From positions 21,233 to 60,044 of the forward strand of contig JBHLPW010000029.1 in the NCBI GenBank assembly GCA_048939015.1: DNA of 38,812 nt. The letters are read 5' to 3'. Made by a program: the position numbers and the translations under genes. A model generated the notes under the pieces. The model made no database searches, was not told the DNA's origin, and saw nothing but the letters and a program-made list of their open reading frames with translations. Source of the DNA: Promethearchaeota archaeon (lineage in GTDB: Archaea > Asgardarchaeota > Lokiarchaeia > Sigyniarchaeales > SOKP01). Positions 28,734 to 37,429 of the stretch are shown piece by piece. Numbering within the stretch: the first letter of the stretch is position 1; each line of letters begins with the position of its first letter.

Positions 28734-29024
28734 ATGTGTATGTATCGGAATTATCTTTTAGAAAAGGGGTTTTGGCCAAAGAAAAAAACAAATTCTCAGA
28801 TATTTCTAAAGCATGATCCAAATATTGGAGGTATCTATGCTGAAATTCAGAAAGATGGATTTAATAAAGGGATTAAAATCATTATTAGAGAAAAAGAGTA
28901 TTTTTTCACCAATTTCGATAATTTAGATACCTTTTTTGATCAATTGCAAACATGCCATACAAAATTTAAGCACATTTTAAATAAAAAATTAACTGGAAAC
29001 AAATGGAAAAAATTAGAGTTATAA
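28734..29024 (+). CDS. Hypothetical protein
   Basis: 96-aa ORF with a GGAGG RBS-like sequence upstream. Confidence 0.5.
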   Translation: MCMYRNYLLEKGFWPKKKTNSQIFLKHDPNIGGIYAEIQKDGFNKGIKIIIREKEYFFTNFDNLDTFFDQLQTCHTKFKHILNKKLTGNKWKKLEL

Positions 29025-29283
29025 GATTTCTAATAAAGGGATGAAGAAAATTCGATTTCTCTCATTTTAATAAAGTATTAGAACTCGAAATTTGTTAATC
29101 CTTCTCTTTTATTACTTCTAAGTATATGAATAGAGTAAATTTACTTTTATTCATCCTTCTTTCTCTAGTGATTAATATTACGTTAAAATAGATTACTATT
29201 TCGCTTGAAAGCACTGTTGATGCAAAATATTCAGATAAAATAAGGGCAATTTTTAAATCTTAATTCTAAAAATAGGTAGAAAA

Positions 29284-30300
29284 ATGGTAACTGATAAAAA
29301 TCATATGATTAATCTAGATAGTTGTCCTGAATGCGGAGGAGAGATTGTCGAAAATAGTTTTGAAAAGATCTGTAAGGGATGTGGATTAGTAATCGAACAA
29401 AATTATAGGGAATCAGCATTTCTCTTTAGTGATTTAAAGGATAAAAATAAATTGAGCAAACAATACGTTGCACTAGGAGAACGTACAGATTTCATTGGAG
29501 GACTAGGGTCATTTATTGATTTTGAAAAATCTAAATACTTAAGAGATAAACGGGGAAAGCTACTACCTCCAAATGAGCAGAAATTATTTAGAAGATTAAA
29601 AAAAAATTATGATAAATTTTTGCGAATTAAGAATCATGAAACAGAATATAGAATATTTAATATATTAAACAAAATTTCATTGTATCTCAACCTCAGTAAA
29701 AACATTCGAAATCACGCAGCATATTGTTATAAGAGGATAATTAAAGCAGAAGAAAAAGTAATTAACAACATTTCACTTATAGCATTCTGTATTTTCTTTG
29801 CCGCAAGGAAGGAGAATCATAATGCTCCCATTACTATTAACGAAATTTCTAATGCATTTCAAAATTTTGGTCATCGTGTAAACCCTCGACTAATTTTAAG
29901 AGATGGGGTAAAATATAAACGTCATTTGAATAATGATTCATCGCCTCATAAGAGTGAGGACTATCTTATAAGACTTATAGATGAAGTTATAAGCCATAAA
30001 GACTTAAAACAGAGATTATTGGTTAAAGGAGTGACATGGTCAGTTAACGAATTTCAAAATAAATTAATAATGAAATGTCGTGATGTTTTAAAGGAATTAC
30101 CATTATGGAATAGAGGCGGGAGAAATCCTTTCATTTTAATGGGAGCAATTATCTATCTCGCCGACAAATTATTGAGTAAGGATTATTCTCAAAAACCAAT
30201 ATTAACTCAAAAAATCATTTCTGAGGCAACAAATATTGCAGAATATTCTATCAGAGACCATTATGTAAATTTATTAAAACCGCTTTTTAATAAAAAATAG
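29284..30300 (+). CDS. tfb: Divergent TFB-like protein
   Basis: CPECGG...CKGCGLV Zn ribbon; cyclin folds (GRNPFILMGAIIYLA); C-terminal HTH TQKIISEATNIAEYSIRDHY; lacks the EWRxF B-reader motif. Confidence 0.85.
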   Translation: MVTDKNHMINLDSCPECGGEIVENSFEKICKGCGLVIEQNYRESAFLFSDLKDKNKLSKQYVALGERTDFIGGLGSFIDFEKSKYLRDKRGKLLPPNEQKLFRRLKKNYDKFLRIKNHETEYRIFNILNKISLYLNLSKNIRNHAAYCYKRIIKAEEKVINNISLIAFCIFFAARKENHNAPITINEISNAFQNFGHRVNPRLILRDGVKYKRHLNNDSSPHKSEDYLIRLIDEVISHKDLKQRLLVKGVTWSVNEFQNKLIMKCRDVLKELPLWNRGGRNPFILMGAIIYLADKLLSKDYSQKPILTQKIISEATNIAEYSIRDHYVNLLKPLFNKK

Positions 30301-30333
30301 TGATCTCAGAATAATGTTGGAGTAATTTAGGGT

Positions 30334-30460
30334 GGTTATCAAAATTACTTAAAATGTTAAGAAACATTAACAAATTTTATTCAGAATTATTCATACGAGG
30401 TTTGGACCCGTTGCCTTTATCGCACAGACTGAAACCAGTAGCCTTCATTGAATAAAATTT
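30334..30460 (-). mobile_element. Degenerate IS200/IS605- or IS607-type tnpB 3'-end/right-end remnant (copy A)
   Basis: Aligns without gaps to 31796-31922 (offset 1462), e.g. TCGCACAGACTGAAACCAG vs TCGCACAGGCTGAAACCAG. Confidence 0.7.
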
Positions 30461-30526
30461 AATTATCAATAGTGGACTTTTTAAGCATTAACCTTGAAAA
30501 TAATTAAAAGACTTAATTGAAAAAAA

Positions 30527-30781
30527 ATGGTGGAATATAGGTTTAGGTTAACAGGAGTTCCTCCTGATCAAGCTATTAAACTGGTTGAGTTAGATCCGGA
30601 ACAGCCAATTATGGATATCAAGAAGACTGTAAAGAGTGAATATAAATTAAATCCGATTTTAGCGATCCAGTTTATTTTCAAAGGAAAAGTCTTACCGGAT
30701 AGTTTATCGTTTAACAAAGTAGGCATCCATCCTAAGAAAGATGTTATTACTGTTATGGCTACACAGGCTGGCGGATTTTAG
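30527..30781 (+). CDS. Ubiquitin-like (beta-grasp) protein ending GG-F
   Basis: 84 aa; IMDIKKTV helix; QFIFKGKVLPD (compare ubiquitin RLIFAGKQLED); C-terminal QAGGF. Confidence 0.85.
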   Translation: MVEYRFRLTGVPPDQAIKLVELDPEQPIMDIKKTVKSEYKLNPILAIQFIFKGKVLPDSLSFNKVGIHPKKDVITVMATQAGGF

Positions 30782-30830
30782 AAGATTCTCCTAAAAATAA
30801 CTTATATAAATTTGTATATTTTGATGGTTA

Positions 30831-30867
30831 TAATGTCCTAATGTATGACCTCTTTATTAGGACATTA
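30831..30867. repeat. 12-bp perfect inverted repeat (hairpin/operator) downstream of the Ubl gene
   Basis: TAATGTCCTAAT-N13-ATTAGGACATTA. Confidence 0.6.
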
Positions 30868-31225
30868 ATAAGTAAAGAAGGAAGTTTATATACAAATTTT
30901 ACTTTATATATATTGAAAAAAGGGCAAAATATTGCGAGAATAAAGAATTTTAAGAGCTGTTTCTTAAAACAGTTAGTTTGATCACTATTAAAATATATTT
31001 TAAAATTCTTTATCGAATCGATATTTTCCCTATAATTTTACAATTATTTAAAGGAATGTATTACATGGATTTCATCTTGGATCATCTTCTATAATTTGAT
31101 TAAGAACGATATTATAAGCTTGCTTTTGTATTTAAAAATAGTATAAGTCTAACCAAATCCCTTTAAAATTATTGATGTTTTTAACCTCTATTTTGAATTA
31201 GATATTAAAAAGAATACAATAAAAA

Positions 31226-31579
31226 ATGCAAGTAAAAAAATATATTGATAAATCAAGTTTAGATAATAGGGCAAAAGAAATATTTATCCAGAAGATTCTC
31301 AATCAATCAAAAAAAGCAGGAATTAATATCTCTGAAGATTTGATAAAAGAAATTGCTGCAAATAAATGGGATGATAAAAATTCTGAAAAGCTTCATAATG
31401 GACTTGTATCAATCATCAGCAAAGAAATTGGAATAAAGGAGCAAAAAATTGAAGAAAAGCTGAAAAAGTATTCTACAGAGAAGAATATTCCTATTACAGA
31501 TTGGAGATTATTTCAACTTTATGTTCATCTAAGAGACGATAAAATGTTAAATGACAAGATAACGAACCTTTATTCTTGA
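31226..31579 (+). CDS. Hypothetical helical protein
   Basis: 117-aa ORF; no recognised motif. Confidence 0.55.
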   Translation: MQVKKYIDKSSLDNRAKEIFIQKILNQSKKAGINISEDLIKEIAANKWDDKNSEKLHNGLVSIISKEIGIKEQKIEEKLKKYSTEKNIPITDWRLFQLYVHLRDDKMLNDKITNLYS

Positions 31580-31795
31580 GAGTTTAATAATGTTAGAGAT
31601 TCAAAAAAATGTTTATAATTTGTTTGAATGAAAGGTTCTGAGAGTTTAATTAATTAAAACTAGAGTAAAAATCTGTATGTCTTTTGTTGGAAAATCGATA
31701 GAAATAACGAAAACAAGGTTTAAAAATATAAATATTCAAATTTGATATATATGAAATCTATCCAGAATTTGTAACCATTTTATTAGAGGAAGTCA

Positions 31796-32030
31796 GGTTA
31801 TCAATATTATTAAAAATTTCAAGAAAATCTAACAGATTTTAATAAAAATTGTTTATGTGAAGTTTGGATCATTTCCCTTATTCGCACAGGCTGAAACCAG
31901 CAACCTTTATCGGATAGATTTTGAATAAAACCATCTCCGACTACTTTCCGGAGGGTATTCAGTACCGCATTAACATCTGCATTAAGAATGTAATTCAACC
32001 CTCTAAATAATCCTCGTTTTACCCGTTTAA
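31796..32030 (-). pseudogene. tnpB: TnpB C-terminal remnant with element right end (copy B)
   Basis: ORF 31819-32064 contains KRVKRGLF...ILNADVNAVLNTLRK...GCWFQPVRI, the RuvC-III end of TnpB. The rest of tnpB is missing. Confidence 0.8.
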
Positions 32031-32329
32031 CAATATACATTTTTTGGTTCTGGATAGATTTCATTACATATTTTATAAATAAAAGATTATTTTATAAGAG
32101 ACGGAGTAGGAAAAATCTAATACACTGATTAGCTTTTTAGCTAAATAAAGTACCATATTTCTTTAACCCTTATTGAATACTGACAGAAATCTTCTAAAAT
32201 TAGTGAAAAATTCAAGTTATAATTATGTTAATTTAGTCGAAAAATCGACAGAAACAACGAAAACAAGAGGTTTAAATCGGAATTTTATTAATAATTGATA
32301 TCAACTTTACTCATAATTGGAGAAGTCAT

Positions 32330-33559
32330 ATGAAATTAAGAACTAAATCAGGATTATTATTTTTCATTGTGACTTTTTCTTTAGGGTTTTGTTTTTTGAA
32401 TTCCGCTGTAGCTTGTGAAATCAATACTCATGAAACCAATTACGCAGAATGGAAATTCTCTAACGGTCAACCTTACTTGTATGTCGAGGCAGACAATTAT
32501 TATACTCTCGGTTATCTCGAAGGTCAGAATTTAGCCTTTCAATCTGCTTGGATGAAGCTTATGATTATGCTCCAAGCTCAAGAATTAGGGCTTTCTTATG
32601 ATGTTGCAGTATATTATGCCTTAGATTATCTTGACTACTTTCCGCAAGAATATCTACTTGAAATGAATGGTTTTGCTGACGCAATTGACTATGTATTAAT
32701 ACCTTTTATGGGAGTTGTTTATAATATTACAATTGATTTCTTGGATGTTTTAGCCCAAAATTGTTTCTGGGATATATATTATGGCAAAATAATTCCAATG
32801 TTTTCAGGTTATCCACAACCACCTTTAATTGTGGGAGGGTGTACTGCTATTGGTTCAAGAACGGGGCTTAGAACTGTTTTAGGGCAAAATATAGACATTT
32901 CGCTCCTAATGCAACCTACGACTGCTTGGGTTTATACCAAAATTGAAGGAAAAAAAGTATTTTCTTTTAGAATGGGGAGCATGTTAGCCATGGGGGGTGT
33001 TAATAAATACGGCTTATCAATGTCCGTCAATTTACTCGAAGTTCTAAATGTAGGGGGTGTAGGAAAACCTATTTCAGTAGTCTATCGAAGTACATTAGAA
33101 ACTTCTAAAAATGTCAGACAAGCAAAGAGTCTTATAATTGATAATAATTTTACACTTGGTTGGAATTATATCATAAGAGATAAGTATCGCATCATAGCTA
33201 TTGAAACTATTTCTAATTCTTATTCACTTGAAAGAGTTAGGTGGCGAGGTTATACTTTTGACGCAAATATTTATGAGAATCCATATTTCAAAGCTTTTAT
33301 GATTTATCCTACGAAATATCTGGAAAGATATAACAGAGTTTCAGAATTATGTCAAGTTCATAGGCAAGATGGCAAATTAGACATCAAAGATTTATTTGAA
33401 ATTTTTGATGATCCTCTGATATCTCGAAGATTTACAACTGCAGATCCTTTAAATGTTGGGACTGTAGCTTCATTCTTTGTCGATACTAAGAATAATGTGT
33501 ATTTTTGTTTAGGAAATCCTTTAGATTCTGTATTAGGTATAATTTCAAGATTTAAATAA
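32330..33559 (+). CDS. Secreted C45-family Ntn-hydrolase (acyltransferase/peptidase)
   Basis: Signal peptide; YTLGYLEG; EMNGFAD; autocleavage site GG|CTAIG; LGQNID; GVNKYGLSMSVN. Confidence 0.85.
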   Translation: MKLRTKSGLLFFIVTFSLGFCFLNSAVACEINTHETNYAEWKFSNGQPYLYVEADNYYTLGYLEGQNLAFQSAWMKLMIMLQAQELGLSYDVAVYYALDYLDYFPQEYLLEMNGFADAIDYVLIPFMGVVYNITIDFLDVLAQNCFWDIYYGKIIPMFSGYPQPPLIVGGCTAIGSRTGLRTVLGQNIDISLLMQPTTAWVYTKIEGKKVFSFRMGSMLAMGGVNKYGLSMSVNLLEVLNVGGVGKPISVVYRSTLETSKNVRQAKSLIIDNNFTLGWNYIIRDKYRIIAIETISNSYSLERVRWRGYTFDANIYENPYFKAFMIYPTKYLERYNRVSELCQVHRQDGKLDIKDLFEIFDDPLISRRFTTADPLNVGTVASFFVDTKNNVYFCLGNPLDSVLGIISRFK

Positions 33560-33633
33560 AAAACAAAATGACTTAGAAAAAGTTCACATAGCCAAAATTC
33601 TTTTTTTTTTCATAATTAATAATACCTAAAAAA

Positions 33634-34347
33634 TTATAAGATTTTCTTCAATTCTTTTATGAATGCGTTGGGAGTGTATCCGAAGAGAAGCGCTAAATGT
33701 AATGACTTTTCATTAAGTTCTATCATTTTCGAAAAATCCTTTTCTTTTTCCAGGTTTTTGAAAAGATTGTCTATTATTTGCTTAAGAGAATCTGTTTTAA
33801 AGTCTATCTTATTAAAGAAACCTCCATATTTTTTAAATAATGCTATCATGGTCAATTTTTCTCCTACTGAGAATTTTAAATTGCAATTTTCGCAAATATT
33901 ACCTTTAACAGATTTGTAGTTCTCGTCATTAAAATCTCCCCTAATTGATTTATGACAAATTTCACAACTTGGTTGATTTAATAGTTCCTTGGAGTATTGA
34001 AAGTTTGTCGCAAAAAAATTATTTAATTTAAGACGATAGATTTGAGCCCTGAGTAATATTTTCTGGAAAAGAGACTGCTCAGAAAAGCTTTCTTTTTTGT
34101 GTATTTTTAAATCACTTTGTATATCGTAAAGTACATCTTTCACAATTATAATATTGTTCTCTGTTACATCAAAGATTCCTCTTACGGTATTAAATGTGTG
34201 AATAATAATCTCCCTTTGTTCAGGTGAAAACACTTGGCTACAATTCTCGCATACCTCCCCGATACTAAAATTAGATTTATAAGTTTTTGAGGAATTTGTT
34301 ATTTGTTCAAAACATATAGAACATTCATTATATCTTTTTATTAACAT
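33634..34347 (-). CDS. Tandemly duplicated Zn-finger-plus-helical domain protein
   Basis: CSIC..CENC..F..GIF and CEIC..CENC..F..GGFF repeated at about 120-aa spacing. Confidence 0.75.
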   Translation of the reverse strand: MLIKRYNECSICFEQITNSSKTYKSNFSIGEVCENCSQVFSPEQREIIIHTFNTVRGIFDVTENNIIIVKDVLYDIQSDLKIHKKESFSEQSLFQKILLRAQIYRLKLNNFFATNFQYSKELLNQPSCEICHKSIRGDFNDENYKSVKGNICENCNLKFSVGEKLTMIALFKKYGGFFNKIDFKTDSLKQIIDNLFKNLEKEKDFSKMIELNEKSLHLALLFGYTPNAFIKELKKIL

Positions 34348-34723
34348 TATAATTGAATAACATGACAGTTATTTATAAACAAAAAATGATTAAGAAAATT
34401 GGGTTTCTTTTTAATGTATCAAAAAAATATAACTTCATTGAATCAATAACTCAGATAAAGTTTAACTTCAATTTCTAAGGAGATATTTACCTTTTATTTT
34501 TGCATTGTATTACTTTTATATGTATTAAATAGATCTAACAAAAAATAAATTATGAATGATGTATTTTTCTTACAAATCTTTATTTTAATTTTTGGATCCT
34601 TTGATAAATATTCTGTATTTAAATCAGAAAATAAATTAGTCTTTAATAAGTGTTAACATAAAAATTAAATAAATCCATCCCCCGTCATAAATTATATATA
34701 AAAGTAAAAGAAATGAATATATA

Positions 34724-35254
34724 ATGCTAGACCGAAAGTTATATAATGTTATTGAACAAGCATTGGGTGAAGATTTCATAACTGCATATCCAATTAGTTT
34801 TTCGAAAAGGATCATCGTGCAAAAAGCATTATATCTATTAACTCATGGGAAATCTAATTTAAAAGTAACTCTGCCATATCAATGGAGTTTTTATTTACAT
34901 GGGCCTTATTCATCAGAAATTGCACATATGATATATCATATTAATGATTTTTTACATGAGCTAGATAAATCATATAAATTAGACGAGAATGAAAAATCTG
35001 TAATTCAAAATTTTAAAAAGTTTAAGGAAGATATTGATCAAAAAAGACAACGTATTCGAGATTTTCAAAGAATAAGCGAAGAACAGTTATATGAAATTAT
35101 TGCTACTCTGATTTACGCTTCAAAACAATTGGGAGCAATCAGAAATGAACTAATCAGACAATTTTATAATTTCAAACCTGAATTGAAAGGAAGTGTACCT
35201 GAATCTATGCTTAATAGTATTTGTAGCATTTTATCTCAGTATAATTATCTCTGA
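34724..35254 (+). CDS. YwgA/SocA/Panacea (DUF4065)-like protein
   Basis: RIIVQKALYLL...YQWSFYLHGPYSSEI...LYEIIATLIY. Confidence 0.7.
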   Translation: MLDRKLYNVIEQALGEDFITAYPISFSKRIIVQKALYLLTHGKSNLKVTLPYQWSFYLHGPYSSEIAHMIYHINDFLHELDKSYKLDENEKSVIQNFKKFKEDIDQKRQRIRDFQRISEEQLYEIIATLIYASKQLGAIRNELIRQFYNFKPELKGSVPESMLNSICSILSQYNYL

Positions 35255-35310
35255 ATTTTCTTCTTCTTCCTATTCAATCTCTCAGCAAAAGAACATTACG
35301 TTGGTAAATA

Positions 35311-36708
35311 ATGAAAACATTTACGGGGTTACTTGCCAAAAGACATATATTAGATCCGATCCATGGTCCTATTCCCATAACTCATTTAGAAAATGAAGTA
35401 ATTTCAACTCCAGTATTTCAAAGATTAAGAAATATAACCCAACTGAGTCTGACATCATTGATTTTTCCAGGTGCTACTCATAACCGGTTTCAGCATTCAA
35501 TTGGGACTCTATTTGTTATGGATAAGTTACTGTATAACTTAAAAGTAGCAGAAAAATTGCCTTACTCTTTAGAAAAGTTGCAAAAAATAATACAAATAAT
35601 GAGGTTATGCGCATTATTACATGACTGCGGTCATTTACCATTTTCCCATACTTTTGAGAATAGAATTGGGGAAAAGAAGCATGAATTTTTCGGTAAGTGT
35701 ATTATCGAAAGGAGTAATATTAGGGAAATTTTAAGTAATAATGGTTATGATCCAGAAACCATTGGAGCCATGGTAAATGAGGAGATTAATCTAAAAGATC
35801 CTTATTCACGTGAATTGTTGGAATTATCGCCGTTATTACACTCAGATGCTGATGCGGATAGGATGGATTATTTATTACGAGACGCCTATTTTACTGGAGT
35901 ACCCTATGGGAAATTTGATATAAATCGTATATGTAATTTTGTAAATTTAGAAAGCAATAAAATTTGTTTTTTTGAAAAGGCTCAAGAAGCTTTGGAAGAT
36001 TTTCTCTTTTCACGTTTTCAAATGTATAAAATAGTCTATATTCATAAGACAGCAATAGGTTATGAACTTTTATTGCATAAATTGTATAAATACATTGAAA
36101 AATATTCTTCGGATAATGAAATAACCTTTTTTCTTCCTAAAACTAAAGATTTTAAAGAAGGAACTCAAGAATGGTTCAATGAAACGTTATATAATTTAAG
36201 TGAAGCAGAATTTTTTCGTACAATCAGATTTTTAATTAATTCTGATATGATCCAAGATAAAGATAAGGATGAGATCTCAAAACTATATACGTGTATTACT
36301 AATCGAATACCAATAAAGAATTGTTATCGAAAAGATGATCTGGTGGAAATATCAAAAACAGAATATTGTGAAAAAGAGGCTTCCTTTTTTGCCGAATTAG
36401 AAAAAAATTATTCATCAATAATCAATCATTGGTCTTTTTTACGCCATGATCCAAGCAATCCTTTGAGGATTACGAGTCCAATTGATAAAGACTTTGATGA
36501 TCTCCAAGATCCAAGCCAGATTAGAATTTTAAAGAAGAAATCCTCAGGAATTTATGAGATAAAACTACTTCAAAATTTAACAAACTCCGTAATTAAATCT
36601 TTAGCAAGACATCACCGAGTTTTAATTTGTTATTATCATGGTGATAAAGAATCACAAGAAACTATTGCCAAGTTAGCTAATACTCTTATTGGAACATCAT
36701 CAGTTTAA
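35311..36708 (+). CDS. HD-domain phosphohydrolase, SAMHD1/YwfO-like dNTP triphosphohydrolase family
   Basis: DPIHG; FQRLRNITQL; PGATHNRFQHSIG; ALLHDCGHLPFSH; DADRMDYLLRD; RFQMYKIVYIHK. Confidence 0.9.
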   Translation: MKTFTGLLAKRHILDPIHGPIPITHLENEVISTPVFQRLRNITQLSLTSLIFPGATHNRFQHSIGTLFVMDKLLYNLKVAEKLPYSLEKLQKIIQIMRLCALLHDCGHLPFSHTFENRIGEKKHEFFGKCIIERSNIREILSNNGYDPETIGAMVNEEINLKDPYSRELLELSPLLHSDADADRMDYLLRDAYFTGVPYGKFDINRICNFVNLESNKICFFEKAQEALEDFLFSRFQMYKIVYIHKTAIGYELLLHKLYKYIEKYSSDNEITFFLPKTKDFKEGTQEWFNETLYNLSEAEFFRTIRFLINSDMIQDKDKDEISKLYTCITNRIPIKNCYRKDDLVEISKTEYCEKEASFFAELEKNYSSIINHWSFLRHDPSNPLRITSPIDKDFDDLQDPSQIRILKKKSSGIYEIKLLQNLTNSVIKSLARHHRVLICYYHGDKESQETIAKLANTLIGTSSV

Positions 36709-36867
36709 ATTCTATCTTTACTCTTCTTTAAGATCTAATAGAGTTAAAATTTTTTTATTTAAATTTGTTCTATATTCTAAATTCATTAGAAAAATTGGGA
36801 AGTAGAAAGATTTAATAATTCAAAATCCAACTTGCATTCATGAAGACTTATTAGAATTAATTGCAAT

Positions 36868-36987
36868 GACTCCTGCCTACACTCTGGATTTTTGTCTTTT
36901 GGTAGTGTAGATTTCTACACTCAGATTTCGCCCTCCTCCCCCTATATCTTTTTTCAGACGCGGTTTTGCGTCTCGTTGGCGGGGGTC
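36868..36987 (+). other. GC-rich structured intergenic element (possible ncRNA or mobile-element end)
   Basis: Closing stem GACTCCTGCC/GGCGGGGGTC (2 G-U pairs); internal AGTGTAGA-TT-TCTACACT and AGACGC-GGTTTT-GCGTCT hairpins. Confidence 0.45.
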
Positions 36988-37216
36988 TCCTTTTAATTTA
37001 AAATTTCAGAAAATCTTCTAATGTCCTTTATAGATTTATCCTCGTCAGAATTTTATTAAAATGATTTATGTTTAAGCTTTCAACAAATATTTAAAATATA
37101 TGATTTAAAATTTGTATTAATATTAATGAGAAAAAATTTTATAATAGTTAAATATAAAATAGTGAAATTTATATTGTTCATAGACCGTATCAAAAATATA
37201 TTTCATGGGATAAAAA

Positions 37217-37429
37217 ATGACTGAAGAAGAAATTCTACTTACAAACTATTTAAAGAAGAAATTTAACGAGAAATTTTTGGAAAAGAATCAAGGTAAATGG
37301 GTAATAGTGTTAATAGATGGCGAATTTTATGTAGATAATTCACTAGAGGTTTTACTAAAGCAATATAAAGATAAGAAGATAAAAGAGACTTTTAAAATCC
37401 CATCAAAAGATATGGTGATGTTAATTTAA
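37217..37429 (+). CDS. DUF5678-like small protein
   Basis: FLEKNQGKWVIVLIDGEFYVDNSLEVLLKQ pattern. Confidence 0.6.
   Translation: MTEEEILLTNYLKKKFNEKFLEKNQGKWVIVLIDGEFYVDNSLEVLLKQYKDKKIKETFKIPSKDMVMLI

Noticed and set aside
14283-30300. Integrated conjugative element or provirus
   Set aside because: No integrase, relaxase, replication or capsid genes, and no tRNA/att site recognised in the window.
31577-31650. 12-bp direct repeat TGAGAGTTTAAT
   Set aside because: Short and AT-rich, with no further structure.
36866-36990. SECIS element or tRNA
   Set aside because: ATGA is present, but there is no matching apical AA loop or GA quartet geometry, no adjacent UGA-readthrough gene, and no cloverleaf or TTCGA motif.
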